Origin: Candidatus Dormiibacterota bacterium
GTDB lineage: Bacteria; Chloroflexota; Dormibacteria; Aeolococcales; Aeolococcaceae
Assembly (NCBI GenBank): GCA_963718525.1
Contig: OY970355.1
Location: 2,816,001-2,880,000 of the forward strand
Direction: 5' to 3'
DNA length: 64,000 nt
In this document: piece after piece, positions 47,405 to 54,855 of the stretch
How the letters are laid out: each line of letters begins with the position of its first letter
Position numbering within the stretch: position 1 is the first letter of the stretch
Translations under genes and position numbers: made by a program
Notes under the pieces: generated by a model
What the model was told of the DNA's origin: nothing
Database searches by the model: none
What the model saw: the letters and a program-made list of their open reading frames with translations, nothing else

Positions 47405-48442
47405 TCAGGCACTTGCCGGCGCCCGCCACAGGTCGATGCCGCTTTCGACCGCGTGTTGATCGATTTCGGCGAGCTCGTGAGGAGAGAAGTCGAGGTGGCC
47501 GAGCGCCGCGACGTTCTGCTCCAGCTGGCTGACGCTGCTCGCGCCGATGAGCACCGAGGTGACGCGCGAATCCCGGAGTGCCCAGGCAAGCGCCATCTGG
47601 GCAAGGCTCTGGCCGCGCCGTTCGGCGACGGCGTTCAGAGCGCGCACATGGCTGAGGTTGGCTTCGCTGAGCATGCCCTCGGTGAGTGTGCCGTTCTGCT
47701 GAGCGCGCGAGCCCTCGGGTATGCCGTTGAGATACCGGTCGGTGAGCATCCCCTGGGCCAGGGGTGAGAAGGCAATGCAGCCCACCCCCTCAGCGCCGAG
47801 CACGTCGAGCAGCCCCTTTTCGATCCACCGGTTCAGCATCGAGTACGACGGCTGATGGATGAGCAACGGGGTGCCGAGCCGGCGCCCGATGGCAATCGCC
47901 TCAGACGTCCGCTGGGCCGAGTACGAGGAGATGCCGGCGTACAGCGCCTTCCCCTGCTGGACGGCGGTGTGCAGCGCGCCGAGGGTCTCCTCGAGCGGGG
48001 TGTTGGGATCGAATCGGTGGTGATAGAAGATGTCGACGTAGTCGACGCCCATGCGTCGCAGGCTCTGATCCAGGCTCGCGAGCAGATACTTGCGCGAACC
48101 CAGGTCGCCGTACGGTCCCGGCCACATATCCCATCCGGCCTTGGTCGAGATCACGAGCTCATCGCGGTAGCCACGAAAGTCGGTGCTCAAGATGCGGCCG
48201 AAGTTGGATTCAGCACTGCCATATGGCGGGCCGTAATTGTTCGCAAGGTCGAAATGCGTGATGCCGAGGTCGAACGCCCTGCGGAGGATTGCGCGCTGCG
48301 TGTCGAGTGGCCGGACCTCGCCGAAGTTCTGCCACAGGCCGAGCGATATCGCTGGGAGCAGGAGGCCGCTGCGCCCGCAGCGGCGGTAGGTCATCGCAGC
48401 GTATCGGTCAGGCGCCGGACGGTAGCCGCTGTCGTCGCTCAC
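47405..48442 (-). CDS. Aldo/keto reductase (L-glyceraldehyde 3-phosphate reductase YghZ/Gpr type)
   Basis: YRRCGRSGL.LP.ISLGLWQNFG, FDLANNYGPPYGSAE, STKAG, HQPSYSM. Confidence 0.93.
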   Translation of the reverse strand: MSDDSGYRPAPDRYAAMTYRRCGRSGLLLPAISLGLWQNFGEVRPLDTQRAILRRAFDLGITHFDLANNYGPPYGSAESNFGRILSTDFRGYRDELVISTKAGWDMWPGPYGDLGSRKYLLASLDQSLRRMGVDYVDIFYHHRFDPNTPLEETLGALHTAVQQGKALYAGISSYSAQRTSEAIAIGRRLGTPLLIHQPSYSMLNRWIEKGLLDVLGAEGVGCIAFSPLAQGMLTDRYLNGIPEGSRAQQNGTLTEGMLSEANLSHVRALNAVAERRGQSLAQMALAWALRDSRVTSVLIGASSVSQLEQNVAALGHLDFSPHELAEIDQHAVESGIDLWRAPASA

Positions 48443-48653
48443 GGCCGAGATTCTGGCCGATTCGCGATCGTCTCGGCAGAAAACGCCGCCCGTGAGCGTG
48501 GCCAGGGGTGGTCGGGACGAGCCGTGACACTCCATCTAAGTCCGCGTGATAGGCCGCCTATTTCACCGGCGGAGATCCTCCTCCACACTGTTCCTTAATG
48601 GCTTTCTCATGTTCAGGAAGGCTCGCCACGGCGGGCGGCGGCCTCACGTACCC

Positions 48654-49430
48654 ATGGCCATCACCGACAGCGCGGACGGTTGGGACCCGCGAATCATCCG
48701 CTCTGCTGGTGGCGATCTGAGCACAACCGGCAATGTCCTCGGATCCACAGGTGAGAACCGAATTCTCACCTTGCTTCCCCTCGCCGAACGTGGGCCTCTG
48801 CTGGAGGCGGCGACCAGCGTCACATTCCAGGTGAAGGCGGTCCTGTTCGAGCCGGGAGATCCGATCGGTGCCATCTACTTCCCGACAGACGGTGTCATTT
48901 CCCTGGTCACGCCGCTGCATGGCGGCGCGATCGTCGAGGTGGCAACCATCGGCAACGAGGGAATCGTGGGGGTGCCCCTGGCGCCGGTCGGCGGCCTCGC
49001 GGTGCGCGCCATCACCCAGGTCGCAGGGCACGGTCTTCGATTGGAGACGCCCGTCTTCCTCGAATGGTTCGAGCGCAGCAACGCGTTTCGGACGCTGGTC
49101 GATCGGTATACGCAAGCATTGTTCGGCCAGATCGCGCAGGCTGCCGCCTGCAACCGCCTGCACTCGAGCGAGGAGCGCCTCAGCCGCTGGCTCTTGATGA
49201 GCCAGGATCGCGTCGGGTCGAGCCAGTTCATGATCACCCAGGAATTCCTCGGACAGATGCTCGGCGCCCGGCGCTCGACGGTTTCCGTTTCTGCAGGCAT
49301 CCTGCAGCGCGCCGGCCTCATCAGATACTCCCGGGGACATGTGACGATCCTCGACCGCAAGGCGCTCGAGGCGGTGTCCTGCGAGTGCTACGCCGTGATC
49401 AAGGCGGAACTGGACCGAGTGGCGGGCTGA
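48654..49430 (+). CDS. Crp/Fnr-family transcriptional regulator
   Basis: NRILTLL, EVATIGNEG, AACNRLH..EERLSRWLL, TQEFLGQMLG.RR, SCECY. Confidence 0.92.
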   Translation: MAITDSADGWDPRIIRSAGGDLSTTGNVLGSTGENRILTLLPLAERGPLLEAATSVTFQVKAVLFEPGDPIGAIYFPTDGVISLVTPLHGGAIVEVATIGNEGIVGVPLAPVGGLAVRAITQVAGHGLRLETPVFLEWFERSNAFRTLVDRYTQALFGQIAQAAACNRLHSSEERLSRWLLMSQDRVGSSQFMITQEFLGQMLGARRSTVSVSAGILQRAGLIRYSRGHVTILDRKALEAVSCECYAVIKAELDRVAG

Positions 49431-49655
49431 ACGTCAAGCCCTGACAACTCGTCGCGCACCGTTCAGGCACGCACGAAATACGTTGCGCGGTTACACGCGG
49501 CGCGCAAGGAAACGCCATCCAACGGCGATCGCGCTTCGTTGCACCGACTGCGCCTGATGAGCACGTCGTTCGTGTAACGAGCGCGCGTATCGATAGTACG
49601 AACGCGGCGCAGCAGCCGGGCACATGGTGCGGTGGTAACCGCGGAGAACTGATTC

Positions 49656-50219
49656 ATGAAACAACGACTCCTCATCGTGAGTGGCACCGCAAGCCTCCTG
49701 ATGCTCGCCGCGTGCGGCTCCGCAACTGCGGGCACGACAACGCCAACCGCGCCATCAACTCAGACACCGACAGCGGTACCGACAGCGGCGGCAACTCCAA
49801 CGCCTGTCGCGACGCCGACACCGACCCCGGTGCGAGCAACACCTGCACCCGCAACCGGGACCGCCGCGATGCTGCGCACCGTCGGTGATCTTGGCCCCAT
49901 CCTTGCCGGACCTGGCGGCAAGACGCTGTACATCTTTCTTGCTGATACCGGAATGACATCCACGTGCACTGGTTCGTGCGCGCAGAACTGGCCACCACTG
50001 ACAACATCGGGACCGCCGCGCGCACTCGCCGGCATCTCACAGACCTTGCTCGGTACCACCCGGCGAGGTGATGGAACACTGCAGGTCACCTACCACGGAC
50101 ATCCGCTGTACTACTTCGTCGCGGACGCCGGCCCCGGAATCGCCAATGGCCAAGGGATCGACGCTTTCGGCGCGCATTGGGAGGTTGTCAACGCCGCTGG
50201 ACTTGCCGTGGTCAAGTGA
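49656..50219 (+). CDS. Secreted repeat lipoprotein (COG4315-like)
   Basis: Lipobox LAAC, Pro/Thr linker, GKTLY.F..D...C.GSCA.NWPP, QVTY.GHPLYYF. Confidence 0.9.
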   Translation: MKQRLLIVSGTASLLMLAACGSATAGTTTPTAPSTQTPTAVPTAAATPTPVATPTPTPVRATPAPATGTAAMLRTVGDLGPILAGPGGKTLYIFLADTGMTSTCTGSCAQNWPPLTTSGPPRALAGISQTLLGTTRRGDGTLQVTYHGHPLYYFVADAGPGIANGQGIDAFGAHWEVVNAAGLAVVK

Positions 50220-50284
50220 GCGAGGCCGTCGGTACGGGAGTGCGACCATCGGCGGTTCGCATGGCCCTTGAGCCGGGAGGCTGT

Positions 50285-50860
50285 TCAGCCCCCGCGCCGT
50301 CCCCACGTTGCGAACGCGGTCGTCAGTCCGGAGACGAGGCGCTCAAAGCTGCGGTCGGTGTCGACGGGTAAGCCGAAAGCCCCTCCCGCCTCCAGCGTCA
50401 CGAACCCGTGGAGTGCCGCCCGCAGCGCGCGGATGGCGTCGACAGCGTCGTCATCATGCAACCCGTACCCCGCCATGACATCAAAGGCGACGCCGACAGC
50501 ATTGGCGCTCGCCAGCTCGTCATCGACATCTCCTTGCGCCGCGGCCCGTTGCACAGTCGCATAGCGACCCGGGTGCTCGATTGCCCAACCACGGTACGCC
50601 CGCGCCATCGCCGCCACAGCATCGTCGCGCGAACGGCCGACAGTCGCGCGCCCGAGCACGCCGGCAAGTTCGTTCTTGGCGCGGATCGAGATGCTGCGTT
50701 GCAGTCCCTCGGTCCCGGCGATGTGCTTGTACAGCGACGGCAGGCGAACTCCGAGACGCTCCGCCAGCGCAGCAAGAGTCAGGCTCGACAACCCAGCTTC
50801 GTCGGCAAAGCGCTCGCCCTCCTCGACCACCCGGGCCTCGGAAAGCCCCGCTCTAGGCAC
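50285..50860 (-). CDS. TetR-family regulator (WHG C-terminal domain)
   Basis: LAERLGVRLPSLYKH, HPGRY, ALHGFVTLE. Confidence 0.92.
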   Translation of the reverse strand: MPRAGLSEARVVEEGERFADEAGLSSLTLAALAERLGVRLPSLYKHIAGTEGLQRSISIRAKNELAGVLGRATVGRSRDDAVAAMARAYRGWAIEHPGRYATVQRAAAQGDVDDELASANAVGVAFDVMAGYGLHDDDAVDAIRALRAALHGFVTLEAGGAFGLPVDTDRSFERLVSGLTTAFATWGRRGG

Positions 50861-51686
50861 GCTCGCCGACCGTATCCAGGAACTGCAGGACAGCGGCCCC
50901 GGTGACTTCCGGCTGCTGCGACTGAGGATAGTGGCCGGCGTCGGGCACCATCACGACGTCGCCACGCAGCACGCCGGCGATCCATGCGGCCTCGGCCTTC
51001 GGATCGGGGAAGTCCGGATCCTTCTCCCCCATCACGACAAGCGTCGGCGTGTTGACCTCAGCGAGACGCGCCTCGGCTGGGTCATGGCTCGTGTGCGTTG
51101 TGCGCGAGAAGGACCGCGCGTATCCCGGCCGCCGCAGGCTCGCCACCACCTGGTTGCGATAGGCGTCGAAGTCGTCGGGCCTCCTTCCGGCGTAGAGCTT
51201 CGGCAGGTACGCCTTCCAGACCAACGGTGCCCAGAGGGGCGCCATCGCAACGCGCTGGACCAGTCGCATCATCGTGCTCACCTTTCCGTTGCGGACGAAG
51301 GGATCGATCAGCACCAGGCCCCTGACGAGGTCGGGTCGCTCGGCGGCGGCGATGACGCCCACCGCGGCGCCCATGGAATTCCCGACGATGACAGCGGGGC
51401 CGCCGAGTTCCTCGATGAGGGCGACGATGTCGCCGGAGGTTTCCACATCGCCATAGGTCGCGAACGTGGCGTCGCTGTCGCCCTGGCCGCGAAGATCGGC
51501 AACGGCAACTCGGTGGCCTGCGGTACGCAGCACCGGAGCGATGAACCGGAAGGTTGCGCGCAGATCGCCCATTCCCGGAACGAGAACGACCAGAGGTCCG
51601 TCGCCGTCCACGTCGTAGGCGACCCGTCCTTCGGGGCGGGTGATGTAGCGGGTGTCGGTGCTGCGGGCGGCGGTGTCTGTCTGCAT
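50853..51686 (-). CDS. Alpha/beta hydrolase
   Basis: PGMGD, DLRGQG, GNSMG, GEKD, AGHYP. Confidence 0.92.
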   Translation of the reverse strand: MQTDTAARSTDTRYITRPEGRVAYDVDGDGPLVVLVPGMGDLRATFRFIAPVLRTAGHRVAVADLRGQGDSDATFATYGDVETSGDIVALIEELGGPAVIVGNSMGAAVGVIAAAERPDLVRGLVLIDPFVRNGKVSTMMRLVQRVAMAPLWAPLVWKAYLPKLYAGRRPDDFDAYRNQVVASLRRPGYARSFSRTTHTSHDPAEARLAEVNTPTLVVMGEKDPDFPDPKAEAAWIAGVLRGDVVMVPDAGHYPQSQQPEVTGAAVLQFLDTVGERA

Positions 51687-51690
51687 CAAA

Positions 51691-51726
51691 GCTACTCTAA
51701 TTAGCCTATGAGCTAACGTCAATAGC
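51691..51726 (-). promoter_or_regulatory. Promoter TTGACG-N17-TAGAGT with two tandem GCTA-N7-TAGC operators
   Basis: GCTACTCTAATTAGC (51691-51705) and GCTAACGTCAATAGC (51712-51726) cover the -10 and -35; ATG lies 7 nt after the -10. Confidence 0.8.
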
Positions 51727-51756
51727 CATCCTCAACCCGCCCTGGGAAGAGCTTCC

Positions 51757-52359
51757 TCACCGCCTCGGCTGCGTCACTCCCTGGGCCTGCCCTGAGGTCG
51801 GATGCTGGGGAGCACTGGCTCTCCCGAAGATCTCGACGTGCGGGTCCACGGGGGGCGGGGCCGGTCGGAGCTCTTCGATCATCTGACGTTCGAGCTGGTC
51901 GACCTTCATTGCAAGGTCGCGCAGCGGGGGCCGCACCGTCCTGCGTCCAGCGCTGAGATCGGGATGGCCGGATGGGGTCGCGATGGGCAGCGTTCGAAGC
52001 ACGTTGATGACCGCGACGGCCGCCTCCAGAGCCTCGTCGTGCAGCCGCTGGGTGGGGAGCGACCCGAATTGCTCGAGCTGAGCCCGCGAGCGGAGGACAG
52101 CGGCGAGGTCCCGTGGTCGATCGGTCGGGAGCCCCTCCGCCGGAAAGGCGAGCGTCCGTACGGAGTCGAGATAGGCGTGCCATCCGGCCGACACCTCGAG
52201 GTACACGGCAGCGCGGCGTTCGAGGTACGAGGACGGCGGCGGTGGGTCGGGCATGTCATCGGCATTCCGTCCGGCGGCCCGCATCGCGATCGCGGCACCG
52301 ATCAGCCCGCTACCGAGCACGGCCGCGGCGATGATCACAACCTCCCACCATGGCGTCAC
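51757..52359 (-). CDS. Hypothetical membrane-anchored protein
   Basis: N-terminal TM followed by a helical soluble domain. Confidence 0.6.
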   Translation of the reverse strand: MTPWWEVVIIAAAVLGSGLIGAAIAMRAAGRNADDMPDPPPPSSYLERRAAVYLEVSAGWHAYLDSVRTLAFPAEGLPTDRPRDLAAVLRSRAQLEQFGSLPTQRLHDEALEAAVAVINVLRTLPIATPSGHPDLSAGRRTVRPPLRDLAMKVDQLERQMIEELRPAPPPVDPHVEIFGRASAPQHPTSGQAQGVTQPRR

Positions 52360-52499
52360 CCCTTACACGGTAGCGAGAAGGACACTCGAGCGGGGTGGAT
52401 CGTCGCAAGCGCTGCGTTCCGATGGCGTCCGCGTTTGCCAGGATCTATGACCACGTGCTCGATGCCGAGCCTTCGCGCTTCGCTGGGCGCGGACCGCGC

Positions 52500-52769
52500 T
52501 CAGAGCTGATCTAGGGCCGTCGCAAGACGGAAATCGCGTTCGCTCACGCCGCCGATGTCGTGGCTCCAGAGCTGCACGACCACCTTGCCCCATGTGACGA
52601 ACAGGTCGGGGTGGTGGTTCTGTGCTTCCGCGACCACGGTGAGACGGTCTACGAAGTCCACGGCCAACACGAAGTTGGGAAACGTGTACGACTTGAAGAG
52701 CTTGCCGTCCTCGAACGCCCAGCCGGCAAGCGCCGTCAATCGCTCTCTTATGGCACCTGGATCGAGCAT
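52500..52769 (-). CDS. Pterin-4-alpha-carbinolamine dehydratase family protein
   Basis: AEAQNHHPDL...WSHD.GG.SERDF.LA. Confidence 0.92.
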   Translation of the reverse strand: MLDPGAIRERLTALAGWAFEDGKLFKSYTFPNFVLAVDFVDRLTVVAEAQNHHPDLFVTWGKVVVQLWSHDIGGVSERDFRLATALDQL

Positions 52770-52782
52770 CCGACCCACGAGG

Positions 52783-53046
52783 TTACGCGGTTCCGGCCTC
52801 CAGGATCTCTTGGAGCTTGTCCATGATCCAGGAATTCGGGTCCGGGTGTCCCGCCTCGCGCCACTCGGCAAGCAGCCGAGTCGGCGGCAGGTCGGAAACC
52901 CCGGGGGCCACGTGGTAATGGCGGTCGATGACCGCGATGTTCTCGTCGGCAGAGGGCGGGCTCGTCGAGTCCCATTCCGCAAGGGCTGCATACCAAGCGC
53001 GCATGACAGGAGCGGCCATCACTCGCGACTGTTGTGCTGTGGTCAT
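52783..53046 (-). CDS. Hypothetical protein (87 aa)
   Basis: ORF with protein-like composition within a same-strand gene run. Confidence 0.55.
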   Translation of the reverse strand: MTTAQQSRVMAAPVMRAWYAALAEWDSTSPPSADENIAVIDRHYHVAPGVSDLPPTRLLAEWREAGHPDPNSWIMDKLQEILEAGTA

Positions 53047-53143
53047 CCGGGCATGGTAGCCGCCGTACTTTCCTGCCGAGTTGATCCTTGCAGCAGGCGC
53101 ACAATCCCGTCATGACGATGTGACGAGGAGCGTGCAATGCCGA

Positions 53144-53422
53144 TCAGAGCAACGTCTCCTCCTGTTCGACTCGCCTGCTCCGGCGCGATTCACGCCCGAC
53201 CGCGATATCGGCAGCGGGGTGCTCGACAATGGCGATCACCCGCGTCGCCATGAAGCGTCCGACGCGTACGGGATTCCCTGTGCGGGTGAGTTCCGCCACT
53301 TCGACAACGCCACGCGCTGTGGTCACTTCCACCCGACGGCCGGCGCGTGTCGCCGAGATTTCGAACGTCCGGGCGTTTCCGGTCCCGGCGTCAACGATGA
53401 CCTCGATCATGTCTCCGACCAC
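53144..53422 (-). CDS. Hypothetical small beta-rich protein
   Basis: TFEISATRAGRRVEV...ELTRTG.PVR..RFMATRVIAIVEHP; TACAGT-N6-GTG. Confidence 0.7.
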   Translation of the reverse strand: MVGDMIEVIVDAGTGNARTFEISATRAGRRVEVTTARGVVEVAELTRTGNPVRVGRFMATRVIAIVEHPAADIAVGRESRRSRRVEQEETLL

Positions 53423-53447
53423 GGGTCAACTGTAGCGATCACAGGCG

Positions 53448-53861
53448 GTGCTCAGTGACCCATCCAGCAGCGTTGCCAACCGGCTGCGCCGATGGGATGA
53501 TGCGCCGGTGCGGAGGCAATCCTGGTTGGTGGTGCTCGGCCTGTTCCTCGTGGCAGCATTTGCGCTCGCGGCAGGCGCGTTCGTACTCGGTTCCCACAAC
53601 CCCGTCGTGACGGTTGTCACCGCTGACGCGCGGGTGGGCGACAACGTCGCGACTGCATTCGACGGTGGATGGGCCTACGGAATCCCGATGGATGTGGCAT
53701 GGCTCGGGACCGACAACAGCTGGCGTCAAGATGGTCAACCGGCATGTCTCGCATGGAACGGTTCGCCTCGCGACGTCTCGATCCAGTTTGGCTGGGTCCC
53801 AGTCACCTCGCCGGCAGGCTCGAGCTGGCGGCAGGTGGTGTGGGTTTCCTGCAAAAGTTGA
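53448..53861 (+). CDS. Hypothetical membrane-anchored/exported protein
   Basis: One TM, then a Trp-rich domain with a Cys pair (PACL ... WVSC). Confidence 0.6.
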   Translation: MLSDPSSSVANRLRRWDDAPVRRQSWLVVLGLFLVAAFALAAGAFVLGSHNPVVTVVTADARVGDNVATAFDGGWAYGIPMDVAWLGTDNSWRQDGQPACLAWNGSPRDVSIQFGWVPVTSPAGSSWRQVVWVSCKS

Positions 53862-53924
53862 TGACCACCTCGCGGTCCAACTCAGCGCGCTGACGCCGAG
53901 CCAGCGACACGGCGAGACACCATC

Positions 53925-54662
53925 GTGAATTCGTTCATCGCTGACGTGCGGCAGATGATCGTTCCGGGGAGCGATCCACGCCACGGTCCATTGCCACCGC
54001 TGCTGCTTGCGATGACGCTGGTCACCGGCCTCGTCGATGCGTTCAGCTATCTGCTCCTCGGACACGTCTTTGTCGCCAACATGACGGGGAACATCGTGCT
54101 GCTCGGATTCGCGCTGGTCGGCGCGCCGGGCTTCTCCATCGCCGCATCCTTGCTTGCCGTGGCGGCCTTCTCGCTCGGGGCGGTAGTGGGCGGTAAGGTG
54201 GGAACGCTCCTCGGTCAGGATCGCGGCCGTCTTTTCCGGACAACGGCGGCGATTCAGGCGATGTTTCTCGCGTGTACGGTGGCGCTCGCCGCCGCAGGCG
54301 GCAATCCGGTCCCTGATGCGTACAGATACTCGCTGATCATCGTCCTCGCCGTCGCCATGGGCATCCAGAACGCCACTGCCCGCAGGCTCGCAGTGCCCGA
54401 CCTGACGACCACCGTCCTCACCCTGACCATGACCGGCCTCGCCGCGGACAGCGCCATCGCGGGCGGTCAGGGATCCAGGGCCGGCCGCCGTCTCATGGCC
54501 GTTGCCGCGATGCTGATCGGGGCCGTCGTCGGTGCCGCACTCGTTGTGAATGGGCGCATCGTCTACCCATTGATCCTCGCGCTGGTCGTGACAGCAATCG
54601 CCGCAATTGCGAGTCGTGCGCTTGGAGGATCCGATACACGCTGGCTGCATGTCGAGCGCTGA
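53925..54662 (+). CDS. YoaK/DUF1275-family membrane protein
   Basis: TGLVDAFSY..LGHVFVANMTGN, AMGIQNA, TTTVLT. Confidence 0.92.
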   Translation: MNSFIADVRQMIVPGSDPRHGPLPPLLLAMTLVTGLVDAFSYLLLGHVFVANMTGNIVLLGFALVGAPGFSIAASLLAVAAFSLGAVVGGKVGTLLGQDRGRLFRTTAAIQAMFLACTVALAAAGGNPVPDAYRYSLIIVLAVAMGIQNATARRLAVPDLTTTVLTLTMTGLAADSAIAGGQGSRAGRRLMAVAAMLIGAVVGAALVVNGRIVYPLILALVVTAIAAIASRALGGSDTRWLHVER

Positions 54663-54679
54663 GTCCACGGCGCTGGTGG

Positions 54680-54847
54680 GACGACCTCGTCGATGAATAC
54701 CGCCTCATGGTGTTCCCAATCGTCCTCGGTACCGGAAAGCGTCTCTTCGAGGAAGGCACCTCGCGCATCGAGTTGCGCCTGCTCAACTCACGGCCGGTCG
54801 GCCCGGCGGATGACGTCGTCATCGTGACCTACGTGCCGGCGCGATAG
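54680..54847 (+). pseudogene. 3' fragment of a DHFR/RibD_C-family gene
   Basis: DDLVDEYRLMVFPIVLGTGKRLF...VIVTYVPAR* with no N-terminal part. Confidence 0.8.
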
Positions 54848-54855
54848 CTCAGACG

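Noticed and set aside
49480-49580. CTGATGA plus a nearby GAAA, resembling a hammerhead ribozyme core
   Set aside because: The stem after CTGATGA is followed by AAC rather than GAAA, and the upstream GAAA flank cannot form stem II
49740-49860. Repetitive ACGCC/ACACC tract as a CRISPR or tandem repeat
   Set aside because: It encodes the Pro/Thr linker of a lipoprotein; no constant repeat-spacer structure was seen anywhere in the window
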